NCBI GenBank assembly: GCA_965153285.1
Contig: OZ229129.1
Source: Podarcis tiliguerta
Lineage: Eukaryota
Length of the DNA stretch: 64,000 bases
Reading direction: 5' to 3' (one strand)
Of the stretch, positions 1 through 13,039 are shown piece by piece. The notes beneath the pieces were generated by a model that was given only the letters and a program-made list of their open reading frames with translations, searched no databases and was not told where the DNA came from. The translations under genes were made by a program, and so were the position numbers. The number at the start of each line of letters is the position of its first letter. Position 1 is the stretch's first letter.

Positions 1-54
1 GCATATTTGATGGTAAGAGTTTTGCATTTGTTGGTCTGGTTTTGTACAGATCTA

Positions 55-712
55 CAGTGATACCTTGGTTCCCAAACTTAATCCGTTCCGGAAGTCTGTT
101 CCAAAACCAAATCATTCCAAAAGCAAGGCGTGCTTTCCCACAGAAAGTAATGCAAAATGGATTAATCCAGTCCAGACTTTAAAAAACCCTAGAACAGCAA
201 TTTAACATGAATTTTACTATCTAATAAGACCACTGATCCATAAAATGAAAGCAATAATCAGTGAAATGTACTATAAAATAAATAAGACAGTATTGTAGAT
301 GATAAAAATTAAAATTATTATTTTTCTTATGTGCACTGATGATAGTCGTTGTTTGTTTTTCAGACCTGGGCTCCATTTCTGCAGTCACACAATCAATCAA
401 TCAATCAGTAGCTGAACTGGGTTGCACACAGTCACAAGTCAGTCCCACAAAACGAAGAACAAGTCACAGTCAAAAAACCACACAAACAAAAATGCAAAAA
501 GAAGCAAAAACTAAAGCTCCAAATATCACCTCTGTGTTGTGTGGGTGCTCGGGACTCAGCAGCCGGCAGACTCAACAGGGAACAGTGGGGGACTCAATTT
601 ACAAATGGAACACACTCAACAGGAAGCGGAACATGTTCTTATTCCAAGGCAAATTCACAAACCAGAACACCTACTTCCGGGTTTGCAGCATTCTTAATCC
701 AAGTTGTTCATG
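55..712. mobile_element. Tc1/mariner (Tigger-like) non-autonomous element, right end decayed
   Basis: Begins TA|CAGTGATACCTTGGTT, related to the TIR of the MITEs at 11137 and 49339. Right boundary is approximate. Confidence 0.55.
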
Positions 713-1792
713 AGAAAGAGTCCCATGAGAATTAAAAACAAAAATTAATTGCTATTTGATACTGAAATGTGATGCTAACAATTGGGAAAGTGAGAAACGG
801 AAAGTGAAATTGATGGTTCGTCCACCCTAACTGATGAGACGGCTTTCTAGTCATATGCCTGTCCTCTCGAGCTCTCACTCAGATTTGTTTTGACTCCCTT
901 GCTAAACGTGCTTGGTCCCTGCAGGTAGGCACACTGGCCAGCAGCTCCATTAACAGACAAAGTAAAGCAAGAGAGGGAGAAAAACAGAGACAGCCTGAGA
1001 ACTTGGCGTCCAGCCCAACAAAGTCCTTCACCATCACCAACCAGTCTGTGCTCAGAGAGGATGCTTTTGTCTGGGTGACGTTCTTTGGAAATACAACCAT
1101 TTCAAAACATTAACTGGCATTTTGCAAACCCAGAGCTTTGCAGAAATAAAAATAAAAAATGCAAATGGTCCTCCTTTGTCCATGTCACAGGGTTGCATCT
1201 TGACCTTTCATACATAAGCGATAATGCCTCTCTCTAGCAACATTAAACAACAACTGGCTCAGCCAGGGCTAAGGGATGAAACCTAGCACACGCGAACACA
1301 CATACTGCAAGTAAGAACAGGATGCTGTACTAATTGGGGCACTGGCCTGATCCTGCAGGCTCTTCTTATGTCCTTCTTCTTACTTATTAGACTTGTTAGC
1401 GGTGAGCTCCCTGAAGGTCTACAAGTGACAACACAACTGAAAACCAAGGCTGTGTACATTTAAATCACATTTAAAGCATATTATCCCTTCCTCAAAAGAA
1501 GAATATTGGGAACTGTAGTTTATGGGCTCTGGGAATTGTAGACCTGTAACTGTAGAATACAGTTCCTGGTATTCTTTTTTGGGGGGGCGTGTTTAAATGT
1601 ACTGTCAATGTGTGCTTGTACAGCCACACACAAACCAAAGCAACCCTAGAACAGCCACAGAAACCTTTGGCAGCACACTAATGACAAAAGCAACATCTTT
1701 TCAGTCTAATCGAAAGCCAGGGGTGGGGAGGTCAACTGGTGCTGAAAAGATGTCAGGGAAAACCCCTGGCAGACCGCACTGGGAAGAGCATT

Positions 1793-2107
1793 AGGTAAAG
1801 GGACCCCTGACCATTAGGTCCAGTCGTGACCAACTTTGGGGTTGCAGCGCTCATCTTGCTTTATTGGCCAAGGGAGCCGGCGTACAGCTTCTGGGTCATG
1901 TGGCCAGCATGACTAAGCTGCTTCTGGTGAACCAGAGCAACACACGGAAATGCTGTTTGCCTTCCTGCCGGAGCGGTACCTATTTATCTACTTGCACTTT
2001 GATGTGCTTTCGAACTGCTAGGTGGGCAGGGGCAGGGACCGAGCAACAGGAGCTCATCCCGTCATGGAGATTCGAACCGCTGACCTTCTGATCGGCAAGT
2101 CCTAGAC
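1793..2107 (-). mobile_element. Sauria SINE, head truncated
   Basis: (ACCTTT)-type tail and B box GGTTCGAATCT on the minus strand. Body shared with five other copies in the window. Confidence 0.85.
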
Positions 2108-2875
2108 TTAAATGTGTGAAGCTGCTTATGCAGACTCAATTCACTAGAGCCCATCTAGACCAGTGCTGACTGCTCTGATTGGCAAAACAATGTAGAAATA
2201 AAGAATTTGTTAATTGCAAGCCAACATGGTCCGAAACACATTAGAAATTTTGCGATAGGAATCAATGAGAATTGTCGACTTGCTATGCGAATGCTCCCCT
2301 AACAAATGTTTTCCTGATCATGCATTGTGTTCGGATAGTGAGATCTGTGTCTACTGATTGCATTTGTTTAACTGATTTCTGTTCCTAACCATAGATGAAC
2401 CAGTAGACCTCTGGTGATTCCCACTTCCTTTTCTGTTTTTGTTGGAATTCTCTGGCAACCATGATAGCAATCGTGACCACCACTGAAATGTCACCACGCA
2501 TGTGACAACACTGCCTTCCAGCTTGCAAAAATGCACTAATGTGCTTCCACACCCTCAGCAGCTGTGTCATGATATTCGGTTATTTTTGCATATTGGATTT
2601 TATGCAGTAAAGGAGAAATCTGGATGAAAACATTTTTAGAAGTGCAGGATGGCAACATCACGTACATGTTGCAAAACAAAAACTTGTGACGTAGCCAGCA
2701 GTGATTCACTCAACTTCTACCTGGAAGTACTGGCACATGCTCTCAGCACAAACCCTTTTTAAACAGTGATAGCACACAGTGACTAGAACCCAGGAAACCA
2801 GGGACTCGGCTAAATTGGTAAAGAAAAAGCAATTTACCGGTATGTGTGTTGTACAGTATATGCGATATAACACTG

Positions 2876-2893
2876 TGCCACCAGGGGGCGCTG
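2876..2893 (+). promoter_or_regulatory. CTCF binding motif in NSMF intron 1
   Basis: TGCCACCAGGGGGCGCTG contains an exact match to the CTCF core CCACCAGGGGGCGC. Confidence 0.7.
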
Positions 2894-4926
2894 GGGAGTC
2901 TCGTTTTTCCCTGTTTAAATTTACAATGCGTAACTGAAACGCTTCTATGATGTGTCTGGACCCAGCCCAGGGTTTCAAATCAATGGATGAACTTGGGACT
3001 GTTACTGTCTCTCTCAGCCTAACAGTATTGTTGTGAAGATAAAAAGGATGGGGCGAACCACATGCACTGCCTTTCCTTGGGGGCGGGGGAGTGTAATATA
3101 AATGCAATTTTTAAAAAACAGATAAAAAAATTAACAGAGCCATCCAGATCATTTTTGATATGTCATCAAAGTTTCTATGCTGTGTAGAGAGTGACTGTTG
3201 CCCGGGTGACATTTTAACACAAGAACACACAAATCCAGTGCTGGAACCCATTCTGAGAGCAAGATAAATCAAATAAAAACATGAATAAGCTGAAAGTCAC
3301 ATGGCAGGGAGGCTGGGAATTTCCTAACCTACCTCACAAGGTTGCTGTGGGGATTCGGAGGGGGAGAATCATGTACACCACCTTGAACATCTTGGAGGAA
3401 AAGGTGGGGTGTAAATGCAATAAAAATAATAAATAAATAAACAGCCAAAAACATTAAGAATTGTCAGAAACCTATCAGAGCTTGGTAGATAGATTGAAGT
3501 ATTCTAAAGCAGGACTTTGATGACATCTGATTTTAATTGATCTCTTAAAGAGCTTATAAAATTGTGTATCAACCCCAAACTCAGAAATTCTTAGGAATGC
3601 AAATGAAATAAAGTCCAGAAATATCAATACATAAATAAATGCATTTATTAATTGTCAACCACATTACTAGGATGCATTAAATTGTTTTTTTAAAAAATAA
3701 GGAAGCAAAACAGCTCTGCAGCTACACACTTTTTTTAAAGCAAGAAAGCAGCAGGATATGAGAACACTGCTGTATTGGACAAGGGATGTGCACTCTGTAC
3801 ATGCTCATGCACTTAGCTTCCTTTCAGCTTTTTTATTTATTTCGCATATGCTGTGCACAGGTAAACCACTCATCTCCAATGCAGGTAAGTAAGGCAATGA
3901 TGCAACAGAGGTAGTCCAACTTCTGTTCACAGAAATTAACAATAGTGACAAATGTGGCTAATTCAATTAAATTAATTAGCCTGATTAAATTTTGTGCACT
4001 TTTCTCCCGCCCCCAGCCCTTTTTGACACCCGTTCCACCTCTGTGTCCTTTATTCGCCCTCTGCAATTTGTCCCATTGACCTCCGGGGCTGCTGCTGGTG
4101 TCAGTACCGACCGCGGCTTCATCTCTAAAGCAATGTGGGTGGAAATCATGCAGAAGGCAGCGCTTCCTTCCCAGCTCTTTATTACGCCAGAGCCGTGACT
4201 TGGGCAAAAGTGGCTTCTGCTTTGCGGAGCATCTCTCTATCCAGACTTCCAGAAAGACTACACAGCAGCCCCGTCTCTGCAGCAGAGGGGGGAACACTCA
4301 AGCGACGCCCGCCCCTCAGCTCCGAGGTTCCTCACTGCCGCCCTTGAAGGAAGCAGCTAAGGCAGTGAAGTTAAGGAAAGAACAATTTGGATGGAGCAGG
4401 TGTGCAAAAGGCGACCAAAGAGGCACCAAAAGCGCCGAGATTCCGATGCATCCGATGCAGTTATAACGCAGCAAGCGGGAAGCAGGTTCGTTACTGAGCG
4501 CTGGCGCTGCACGCCTGAAAGCACAGCAGCTCAAAGCAAAGACCAGAAGCCACAGAGGGCATGTAATGACGCGGGTGGGGTGGATTTCAGACATGCGGTT
4601 AACCTTCTGGAATCCAGAGTTTGCCTGCATGTGGCATTCCCTGTTACAAGCAAGTAAAAACCCCAAACATATAGGAGACTAAAAATGGGTGTGAGAGTCT
4701 GATGCTGCCCGTAGACCAGCGAATAAGCCGTGAGAAGGAACAGTTTGCTACTACCGCGGCAAACAAATAGGAAAACGTAAGCTTCTGCATCTGAGAAATC
4801 CTCACACAAGACACTCACTGCCCAGGGAGAGAATCAGAGTGGAGTTGTTGGGATAGGACTTGGAGGACCAGGATTCAAATCCCCACTTGGTCATGAAAGA
4901 CCTGTGGTCTCTCTGACCCTAAGCTA

Positions 4927-5253
4927 GGTAAAGGTAAAGGGACCCCTGACCATTAGGTCCAGTCGTGGCCAACTCTGGGGTTGCGGCGCTCATCTCGCTT
5001 TACTGGCCAAGGGAGCTGGCGTACAGCTTCCGGGTCATGGGGCCAGCATGACTAAGCCACTTCTGGCAAACCAGAGCAGCGCACGGAAACGCCGTTTACC
5101 TTCCCGCCAGAGTGGTACCTATTTATCTACTTTGCACTTTGAGCAGGGACCGAGCAATGGGAGCTCACCCTGTTGTGGGGATTCGAACTGCCAACCTTCT
5201 GATCAGCAAGTCCTAGGCTCAGTGGTTTAACCCACAGCGCCACCTGCGTCCCA
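4927..5253 (-). mobile_element. Sauria SINE with 12-bp TSD, nested in an older MIR-like SINE (about 4840-5360)
   Basis: TSD GACCCTAAGCTA at 4915-4926 and 5254-5265. tRNA-derived head and ACCTTT tail; has an internal deletion. Confidence 0.9.
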
Positions 5254-7408
5254 GACCCTAAGCTACTTCACAGTTTTGTTGTGGGGATGGGAGAAGGAGA
5301 GGCAGGGCCACAAAAGCCACTCTGGAAGCACCACAAGCAATTTGAAAGCAAGGTGGGATATCTCAGGCTCATCTCAGAAGCAAGTTCATGGAGAGGACAT
5401 CCTTCTCAATGGCTCAAGCAAGTGAGCCATGCTGCATGCTAGAAGAGCAAGGGAAGCAAATGGGCATTACGGGGAGTGGGTTACCAGCCAATTCAACCTA
5501 ACTGGAGGGAAGGGGGAATTCTCCACCATGATCTCTTCCAACACTTTGGCTGGTGACCTTTACTCCTCCAACTCTGCCACCCTCAAAGCTCTCCAAGGAA
5601 TATAGGAAGAGCCCTGTTGAATCAGGCCGAAGGCCCAGCATCACCCAGCAGCCTGCTCTCACGGTGGCCAACTGGGTTTCTCCAGAAAGTTCTCGAGCAG
5701 GTGATGAGTGCAAGAGCCCTCTCCCCTCCTGCAGTTTCCAGCAGCTGGTATTCAGAAGCGTTACTGCCTCCAAGGGAGAGCACAGCCATCAGGGTTGCTA
5801 ACAACTGATAGTCTTACTCTTCATGAATTTATCAAATCCCCTTTTAAAGTTAGTGCTCATCCCTGCATCTGGATGGATAGATGAAGGACAGAGGAATCAG
5901 AATATAAGAAGAAGAATATAAGAAGGGCCTGCTGGATCAGGCAAGAGGCCCACCTAGCCTTGCATCCTGTTTTCACAATGACCAACCCGATGCCCCAAAG
6001 GGAAGTCCACAAGCAACACCTGAGCACAACTGCAACTCTCCCCAAACATAATTCCCAGCAACTGGCAGTCACCAGCATACTGCCAGTGAAGGTGGAACAT
6101 AGCCTTATCCTCCATCTCTTCTCCTGCTTAAACACATCTGTCCTTTCTCCTGCTGCACCCTGAATGCCAAGAACATAGGAGCCTATTTTTCTATAACAGC
6201 AGCCTTGCATTTAAGCACTGGCCTGGTAGCCATCAGCTGCCAGAAACGTACATGCAAGTGAGTGAAGACACTGGCAGAGGAAGGATGAGTCACATCACCC
6301 CTTCCTTGGTACCCAATATTCAAATGTTTCTCTCCATCCGTTCCTGCTGCAGCTCACAGCAGGCAAGTGGTAAATAAATACATTGCAGGCAAGTTATTTT
6401 TGTGGGCGTATTTACCATATTGTTTAATTTCAGGGAAGGGAAATACTTTCTTGTAATGTTGCAACAATTATAAATTAAACATATTTGTAACAACATACAA
6501 ATACCACAGTTAAAAACTAAATACAAACGATCACAATTTAAAATAATAAAAATAATTAAGCAGCAGCAGCAGTAATATTAGAACAGACTTTGTCAACCTC
6601 TGCCCCATCAACCTCCAGCCTGGGAACTGTAGTTCATAACACCTGAAGAGTGCCAGGTGTGCAGACTGGGGCTGATGGGAATCGTAGCCCAAAGCATCAG
6701 GAGGGTGTCAGGTTGGCAAGTACTGCGTTTTGACATTAAAATCAGTACTCTGCCCAATTACAGCATCTTATACATTCCTTTTCTATTCTTTTGACGTGGA
6801 AGGTCACCCAAACCTATGCAGGAGCAATTTGAAACCCCAAAGGTATCTGTGGACATACACACACAAAATCCTATTCGACAAAGCCAGAATATATCAGAGC
6901 TTTGGACCATCTCTTCTCACCCATCTCCCAAATCAGGTGAAATCAAATTACTATGTTAATTAATATGGAATGAAATATGCACTGCACTTAATATAAGGAT
7001 GACCAAGATTCCACCCACACCGTCTTTGGAAGAGAGCCAGCAAATACCTCCAGAGGGACCCTGGTTCTCAAGGAAGACTTCTAGATGATTCATAAGCCCC
7101 GCTGGAAATAGGATCCTAGGAACAGCTGTTTACCCCTACCATCCCAGCTCCCAGGATTCTTTGGGGGAACTGGTGTGTTTTAGGTGTATAGTATCTATGC
7201 AGCCTTAGCACTCTTTTTTTCCATGCCACACTGATGACATCACTTCTGTGTATGCATGTTTAGAAAGAGAGACTCGGAAGGAAACCCTAAGTCATCTAGT
7301 TCAACCCCACAAATAAAGTAGAGTTCATTGCCTTCAAAGTCGGCTCCACTGTCAACTGGTTCATATAACATTTATCTTTTTTTTATTATACATACATACT
7401 ACATACAT

Positions 7409-7731
7409 GGGGATGCGGGTGGTGCTATGGGTTAAACCACTGAGCCTCTTGGGCTTGCTGATCAGAAGGTTGGGGGTTCGAATCCCCGTGACAGGGTGAG
7501 CTCCCATTGCTCGGTCCCAGCTCCTGCCAACCTGGCAGTTCGAAAGCACGTCAAAGTGCAAGTAGATAAATAAGTACCGCTCCGGCAGGAAGGTAAACGG
7601 CGTTTCCGTGCGCTGCTCTGGTTTCACCAGAAGTGGCTTAGTCCTGCTGGCCACATGACCTGGAAGCTGTACGCCGGCTCCCATGGCCAGTAAAGCGAGA
7701 TGAGCACCACAACCCCAGAGTCGGTCACAAC
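7409..7731 (+). mobile_element. Sauria SINE, 3'-truncated
   Basis: A-box-like GGTGGTGCTATGG and B box GGTTCGAATCC. Reverse complement of the other copies. Confidence 0.88.
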
Positions 7732-8164
7732 TCATGCACTTACACCAATCACCACGAACACTTAACTAGTTGCCACAGTTTTTGGTGGCTCATAGAAAGG
7801 AAATTGAACTTTTTAGAAGACACTTTCTACATTCCAGTAGCTCCAGATTCGAGTGGGAGCTGGGGAGAGAAGAGATAAATCTGTCTTGGGGCAGAAAGCT
7901 GCAAAACATCAATTTTCTTTGTTGTCCTCAATAAAAATCTGAGAACTTTGAAAAGCTGACCAAAGCAGCAACTCCAAATATTTCCACCCTCTGCTCTCTC
8001 TGCCACCTTACATACCTATTCCTTCAATGAGGGGCAGGAGACATGTCCGAAAATGATCCAAATACTTTCCCCCCTCCCTGATTTGATCCATTTAAATCAG
8101 AGCCAAGGTTTACTTACACCTATTGACATGCTTCAGATATGCAGTTTGTAAATCTAGGAAGAGA

Positions 8165-8355
8165 AAGACATCGGAAGCTGCCTCATGCTGAGTCAGACCC
8201 TTGGTCCATCCAGCCCTGTATTGTCTACACTGACTGGCAGCTCCAGGGTTTCTTTTATTCAGGGTGCATTTTTCCAACCCTACCTGAAGATGCTAGGGAT
8301 TGAACCTGGGACCTTCTGCATGCAAAGCAGGTGCTCTACCAGTGAGCTATGGTCT
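8165..8355 (-). mobile_element. tRNA-Ala-derived squamate SINE (Squam3-like). Further copies near 14474, 39455, 40285, 41900, 53080, 55770, 58765 and 61430
   Basis: Head resembles tRNA-Ala(TGC) (TAGCTCAxTGGTAGAGCAxxTGCTTTGCATGCAGAAGGTCCCAGGTTCAATCCC), followed by a shared non-tRNA body ending ...GGCAGCTTCC. Confidence 0.7.
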
Positions 8356-9339
8356 TGCCTCATTGGCCTCTCCTCATTTTAGGTCTGCAGGAAATAAATC
8401 GGAGAAGTGTCTCCACCACAACTATGTTCAGTACAGCACAGTGTACCAACGGGATATTTATTTCATTTGTTGTATTTGTAAGATTTCCTCCCACCATCCT
8501 TCACCCATTAAGGTTCCAGGACAGGTCACACAGTTACTGGTATATCACAGTTCTAAAGACAGATAGAACAGTTGCGAATGTAAAGAAAACGTTAAACCGT
8601 TCCAGCCAGAACAGAACAGAACAGCAGAAAAGCTATGCTAACGGATGGCGTTCAGAGACATCCCCTGTTGAAACGGGTGTTGCAGTTGTTTACAAGGATC
8701 CAGGCCAAGAATGAAAGTTGCAGAGAGCTTAATTAACCATCTTGGGAAGAGCTGGGTCAGGTGCTCTGGGACTGAAATTAAGAGCTTCTCGGAAGAAACC
8801 CAGAGACTTTGAGCTGTGGTTTTGAGCATCTCAGATACCAGCAGCCTACAGAGATGCATTTATCTCTGGTAGGGATGGGGGAGATATTAATAAGAGCCTC
8901 AGAAGAGCCTGCTGGATCAGGCCAGCGGCCCATCTGGTCCAGAACCCTGAATATCAGATAAGAAAGATTTGATTCAGCTTGCATTCAAAGACAAACCTAC
9001 CTAATTAACACTTTCTGAAACAGCTTGCAAACTGAAACAGACGCCACCCTTCAGAATTCACCCCTTATCCGAATTTCGCAATGCAATTCTCTGGCCAAGT
9101 CATGTGTACAAAAACACAGATGCCAGCATAATATGCACATGAAACAGCAAAACAATAGTGAAAATAACATGTACAATATTACATTATATTAGAGGAAATT
9201 GCTTTGCAAAAATGCGCATAAGGCAAAATGGGACGCAAACAGGTCTATCAGGAGAAATCGGCTGCCATGTCTTCACAACGTGTGTGTGTGTGTGTGTGTG
9301 TGTGTTTAATTGTAAACTGCTGAGGAAATGGTGGAGAAG

Positions 9340-9650
9340 TGAAGCTGTGGCCATTCCTGGACAAGGGTAACCTGACCATTGCAGTCCATGAGCTGGCAAC
9401 CTTGAGGCTGGATTACTGCAATGGGCTCTATGTGGTGCTGCCCTTGGGCCTGGTTTGGAAGGTCCAGCTGGTGCAGAAGGTGGCAGTCAGACTGCTGGAG
9501 GGGGCATCTAGAACATGGGACACCTCGAGAACATGGGACACCATCGTGAAAACAGCTGCACTGGCTGCCTATCGACTCCTGAGCCAGGTTCAAGGGCCTT
9601 CCATTAATTTACAATGCCCTGAATGCCACGGACCACCCAAACCCTTATGT
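9340..9650 (+). mobile_element. L2-type LINE ORF2 3' fragment, degenerate
   Basis: Translates as RLDYCNGLY..LP....KVQLVQK.A.RLL, then LHWLP after a frameshift, typical of the L2 ORF2 C-terminus. Confidence 0.75.
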
Positions 9651-10537
9651 CCCAGCTCAATCGCTGAAGGACTACTGTTGTCCACTGAGTTGCTGGGGCT
9701 TATTTGACATCAACATGAAACAGAGTCTTTAGTAAACCCACAACCCTGAGATTAAGAGTCTTGTGCTCTACCAATTGAGCTATTCCAGCAGCCCAAAAAC
9801 TTCACACACACACACACCCCTCACAATTTCAGCATCACCAGCCTCTAAGTGAGAAAATTATTGTCCATTTGTCAGCAGGAAAGCTCTGCTGAGATCTATA
9901 GATTAGGCAGTGCTTCATAAAGCCAGCAAATCTCCCACAGAGCTCTGGGACATAGAGCTGGCTGAAAGACTTACGGAATCTAATAAGAGCATGCAGGGGA
10001 GCCAAATACAAAGATCCACTTGTTAATACATGCACCCCCTGATCACCTATGGTTCTAGAGCACATGGATTTGTGACACCTCCCAAGGCATAGGGGAAAAA
10101 ATCATTTTGGTATGTTTGTTTTACAAAATAGTCTTGTCTTAACTTTATTCCTAATGAACGCTTAATACTGGTAATAACAGCAACTGTAGATTCTCTCCCT
10201 GAGTCAAACTAAGCCTCCTACAGTTGTTGTTTAAAATTACTTTATTTTAGTGATTCAGTAAAATGCTTTGCAGTTAGTTGTGTCTGCAGCTATGCAATCT
10301 GGACCAGTGCTTTTTGGAAACACAGTGCAAAGTGTCAATGCTTAAGCAAACAAGCATTCTAGTCCTCATTGTTCTGAGGGCAGGCTTGCAGCACTCCATC
10401 TCAGGAACAGGGTCGGGTCAAATCCGCACTAAGAAAAAGGAGTCATTCAGAAATGGGAGAATCTGTAATATCTAGCACATTTGCTAATTTGGAACCATTT
10501 CTTCTGCTTGTTAAAAGAGAAGAGGGGAAACCTCTGA

Positions 10538-10570
<33 letters not shown>

Positions 10571-10930
10571 GTCCCTTTGCCTCAGCTCCTGAGATTTCAA
10601 GTAAACACTCCTAAGATATTTGAAATGCTGTTGCCAAAATAACAAAGGCTAGGAACTGGGTCTGAATGCAAACAAAGGTTCTATGTAGCTTGAAAATTTT
10701 ACACCCCTGTACCAAATCCTGTGCTCACAGTAAAATGAATAAAGTATCCCTGCTCTTGGTGGGTTGGAGTCAGGTCATTCCTGTTCATGACCAGCATCAT
10801 ATCTCACAGCTTAATGTAGAAAGCATAGCCTAGAATTTTGAAGATGGGCAGAAACTCAAGGGTCACCTTGCTCGGCACCCTGGAGTCTGTCAGAAAAAGG
10901 CTCCCACAGGATGCAACCCAACCTCAAGAC

Positions 10931-11525
10931 CAGTGGTTCCCAATCTTCTTTTCCCCCATGGACAACTTGAAAATCCGAAGACCACTTAATGACTTACTAC
11001 AATTTCTGTCGTGCTTGCTGGTGCTAGATGCTGCATGATTATTTGTTTAAAAATTATTTCTCCTTTTCTTTCGTATATTTTGTTTCATTTGTCATCTTCA
11101 GTTGAAGGGCAGTGTATAAATTCATTATTATTATTACAGTGGTACCTCAGGTTACGTACTTAATTCGTTCCGGAGGTCCGTTCTTAACCTGAAACTGTTC
11201 TTAACCTGAAGCACCACTTTAGCTAATGGGGCCTCCTGCTATCGCCGGAGCACGATTTCTGTTCTTATCCTGAAGCAAAGTTCTTAACCCGAGGTACTAT
11301 TTCTGGGTTAGAGGAGTCTATAACCTGAAGTGTATGCAACCCGAGGTACCACTGTATTGGCAAAATACAATTCACATTCTACAGAATTCAAATTGTATTC
11401 TCCCATCCTACAATCTAAGAAATAAATGAAGCAATACAAATACATTAAGAAATCAATGTGAATATTTAACGGGGACACAATGATTGTAGCACCAGTGGTT
11501 CATGCACCCCTGTTTGCGAACCCTG
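10931..11525. mobile_element. hAT (Charlie-like) non-autonomous element hosting a Tigger-like MITE
   Basis: TIRs CAGTGGTTCCCAA...TTGCGAACCCCTG. Degenerate 8-bp TSD CTCAAGAC/CTCATGAA. Confidence 0.6.
11137..11354. mobile_element. Tc1/mariner Tigger-like MITE
   Basis: TIRs CAGTGGTACCTC...GAGGTACCACTG flanked by TA on both sides. Confidence 0.88.
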
Positions 11526-11721
11526 CTCATGAACAAGAGTTCTGCCCTTCTTCTGGAAAGTCTGTCTCACAAGTTCTTCCTTCTGTTCCCAAAGAGGTCC
11601 TTTCCCCACAATCAGAACCTGCTGCTTATCCTTTCCCTCGTCACCTCACTCTGTAAAATGACACCAATCAAAATTAACCACACTAAATGTCTTATGCACA
11701 AGTGTGTGGTTTGGGTTTTTT

Positions 11722-11868
11722 CAGTGGCGTAGCATGGGGGGTGCAGGGGGGGCCGGCTGCATCGGGCGCAACATCTGGGGGGTAGGGTTAGGGGGCGCAA
11801 ATCCACAGGTTAGGGGGTGCAAATTACTTGCCTTGCCCCGGGTGCTGACAACCCATGCTATGCCACTG
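11722..11868. mobile_element. hAT MITE, 147 bp
   Basis: TIRs CAGTGGCGTAGCATGGG/CCCATGCTATGCCACTG. Perfect 8-bp TSD GGTTTTTT (11714-11721, 11869-11876). Confidence 0.88.
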
Positions 11869-13039
11869 GGTTTTTTGTTTAAAGGGGAAATTATTTCAAT
11901 TTTTCAGTAAGGTTAAATTAACAGTAGGGAGTTTGGGCATCTCCAGGGAACCTGTTTATTGGGCATTTGTCCCACTTTGCACATGGGATGTCTTCCCATC
12001 AATCATTTGTTCACTTCACACTTTTCAATGCACTTCCCATTCACTTTCCAAACAACCAAAGTCTGCGATTTATTTTAAGTGGATTTGTTGCACTAGGGTA
12101 GAAGACCGCTTAATTTCACTTTAAATGCACAAACCTAAACTTCCGGTATACGTGCTGGGATCCCTCCCACAAATACCGGCAATCTAAAGGCGTCACTACA
12201 TTTTAAACATCCTCTGTGATGCTTGCAATTCTCCTTGGTTTTGTGTCGCTAGTAGAAAACAAAAGCCGCATATGCTCCTTCATCTGGCGCTAAGGAACAG
12301 GAGCACGTTAGGTGCAAAACACAACACAGTGACGAGGCCCCTCCCCAAAGGCTCACTTTTCTTGGTCAGCACGCTGCTACCAGAGAGGGATCTCCAAGAC
12401 AAGCAGAGAGCATCTTCCAAGGCTAAGAAGTTAAACAGCTGCGGAGGCAAAGTCACCACTGCGCAGGCAGGAAGGCAGCTTGCCGGTCCCGTGTCCCCCC
12501 GCCCCCCACCAACATCATTGCTGCATTCCCAGAGCTTGGAAGTTCACCAGGGCAGCCGTGGGCTCTTTGAGCCTTTGCCAAAAGAAAAAGAAAAAGTGGT
12601 CCACGGCTGGGCAGCATGCCAAAACACTTCGCACCTCACGTCATCTGCTATTTCAACCCAGCGCCAGCCGGACTAAAAATACAGAGTTAGCACTTCTGGC
12701 TCACTGGCATGGTGGGAGACTAAAGACGGGGGTTCAGCAGCAGCAGCAGCAGCAGCGCTGTCCTCCTACCCTCCACGCTCAACAGCAGACACTTTTGGCA
12801 GGCTGAGAAGATGCAGCACACCAGGGATAGGCTGTCTGCACTGCCGGAAGGAAAAGTGCTAGAGGTATGTGTGTTTCTCCCTGTGTGAAAACTTGGCACA
12901 TGGTGATGTTTTTACTTCATCTCAGACCACACAATTTGGTGGTGGTGGGGAGTTTTGTTGGAGAGAACAGCTGAAATGTTCCAGAGCCCTCTCCCCTAGG
13001 TGTAGAAGGGCACAGAACACCAGGCCTGCCGCTTTCTGA

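Noticed and set aside
12733-12764. REST/NRSE half-sites around a short (CAG)n tract
   Set aside because: The half-sites are in non-canonical orientation and spacing, and the left half is degenerate.
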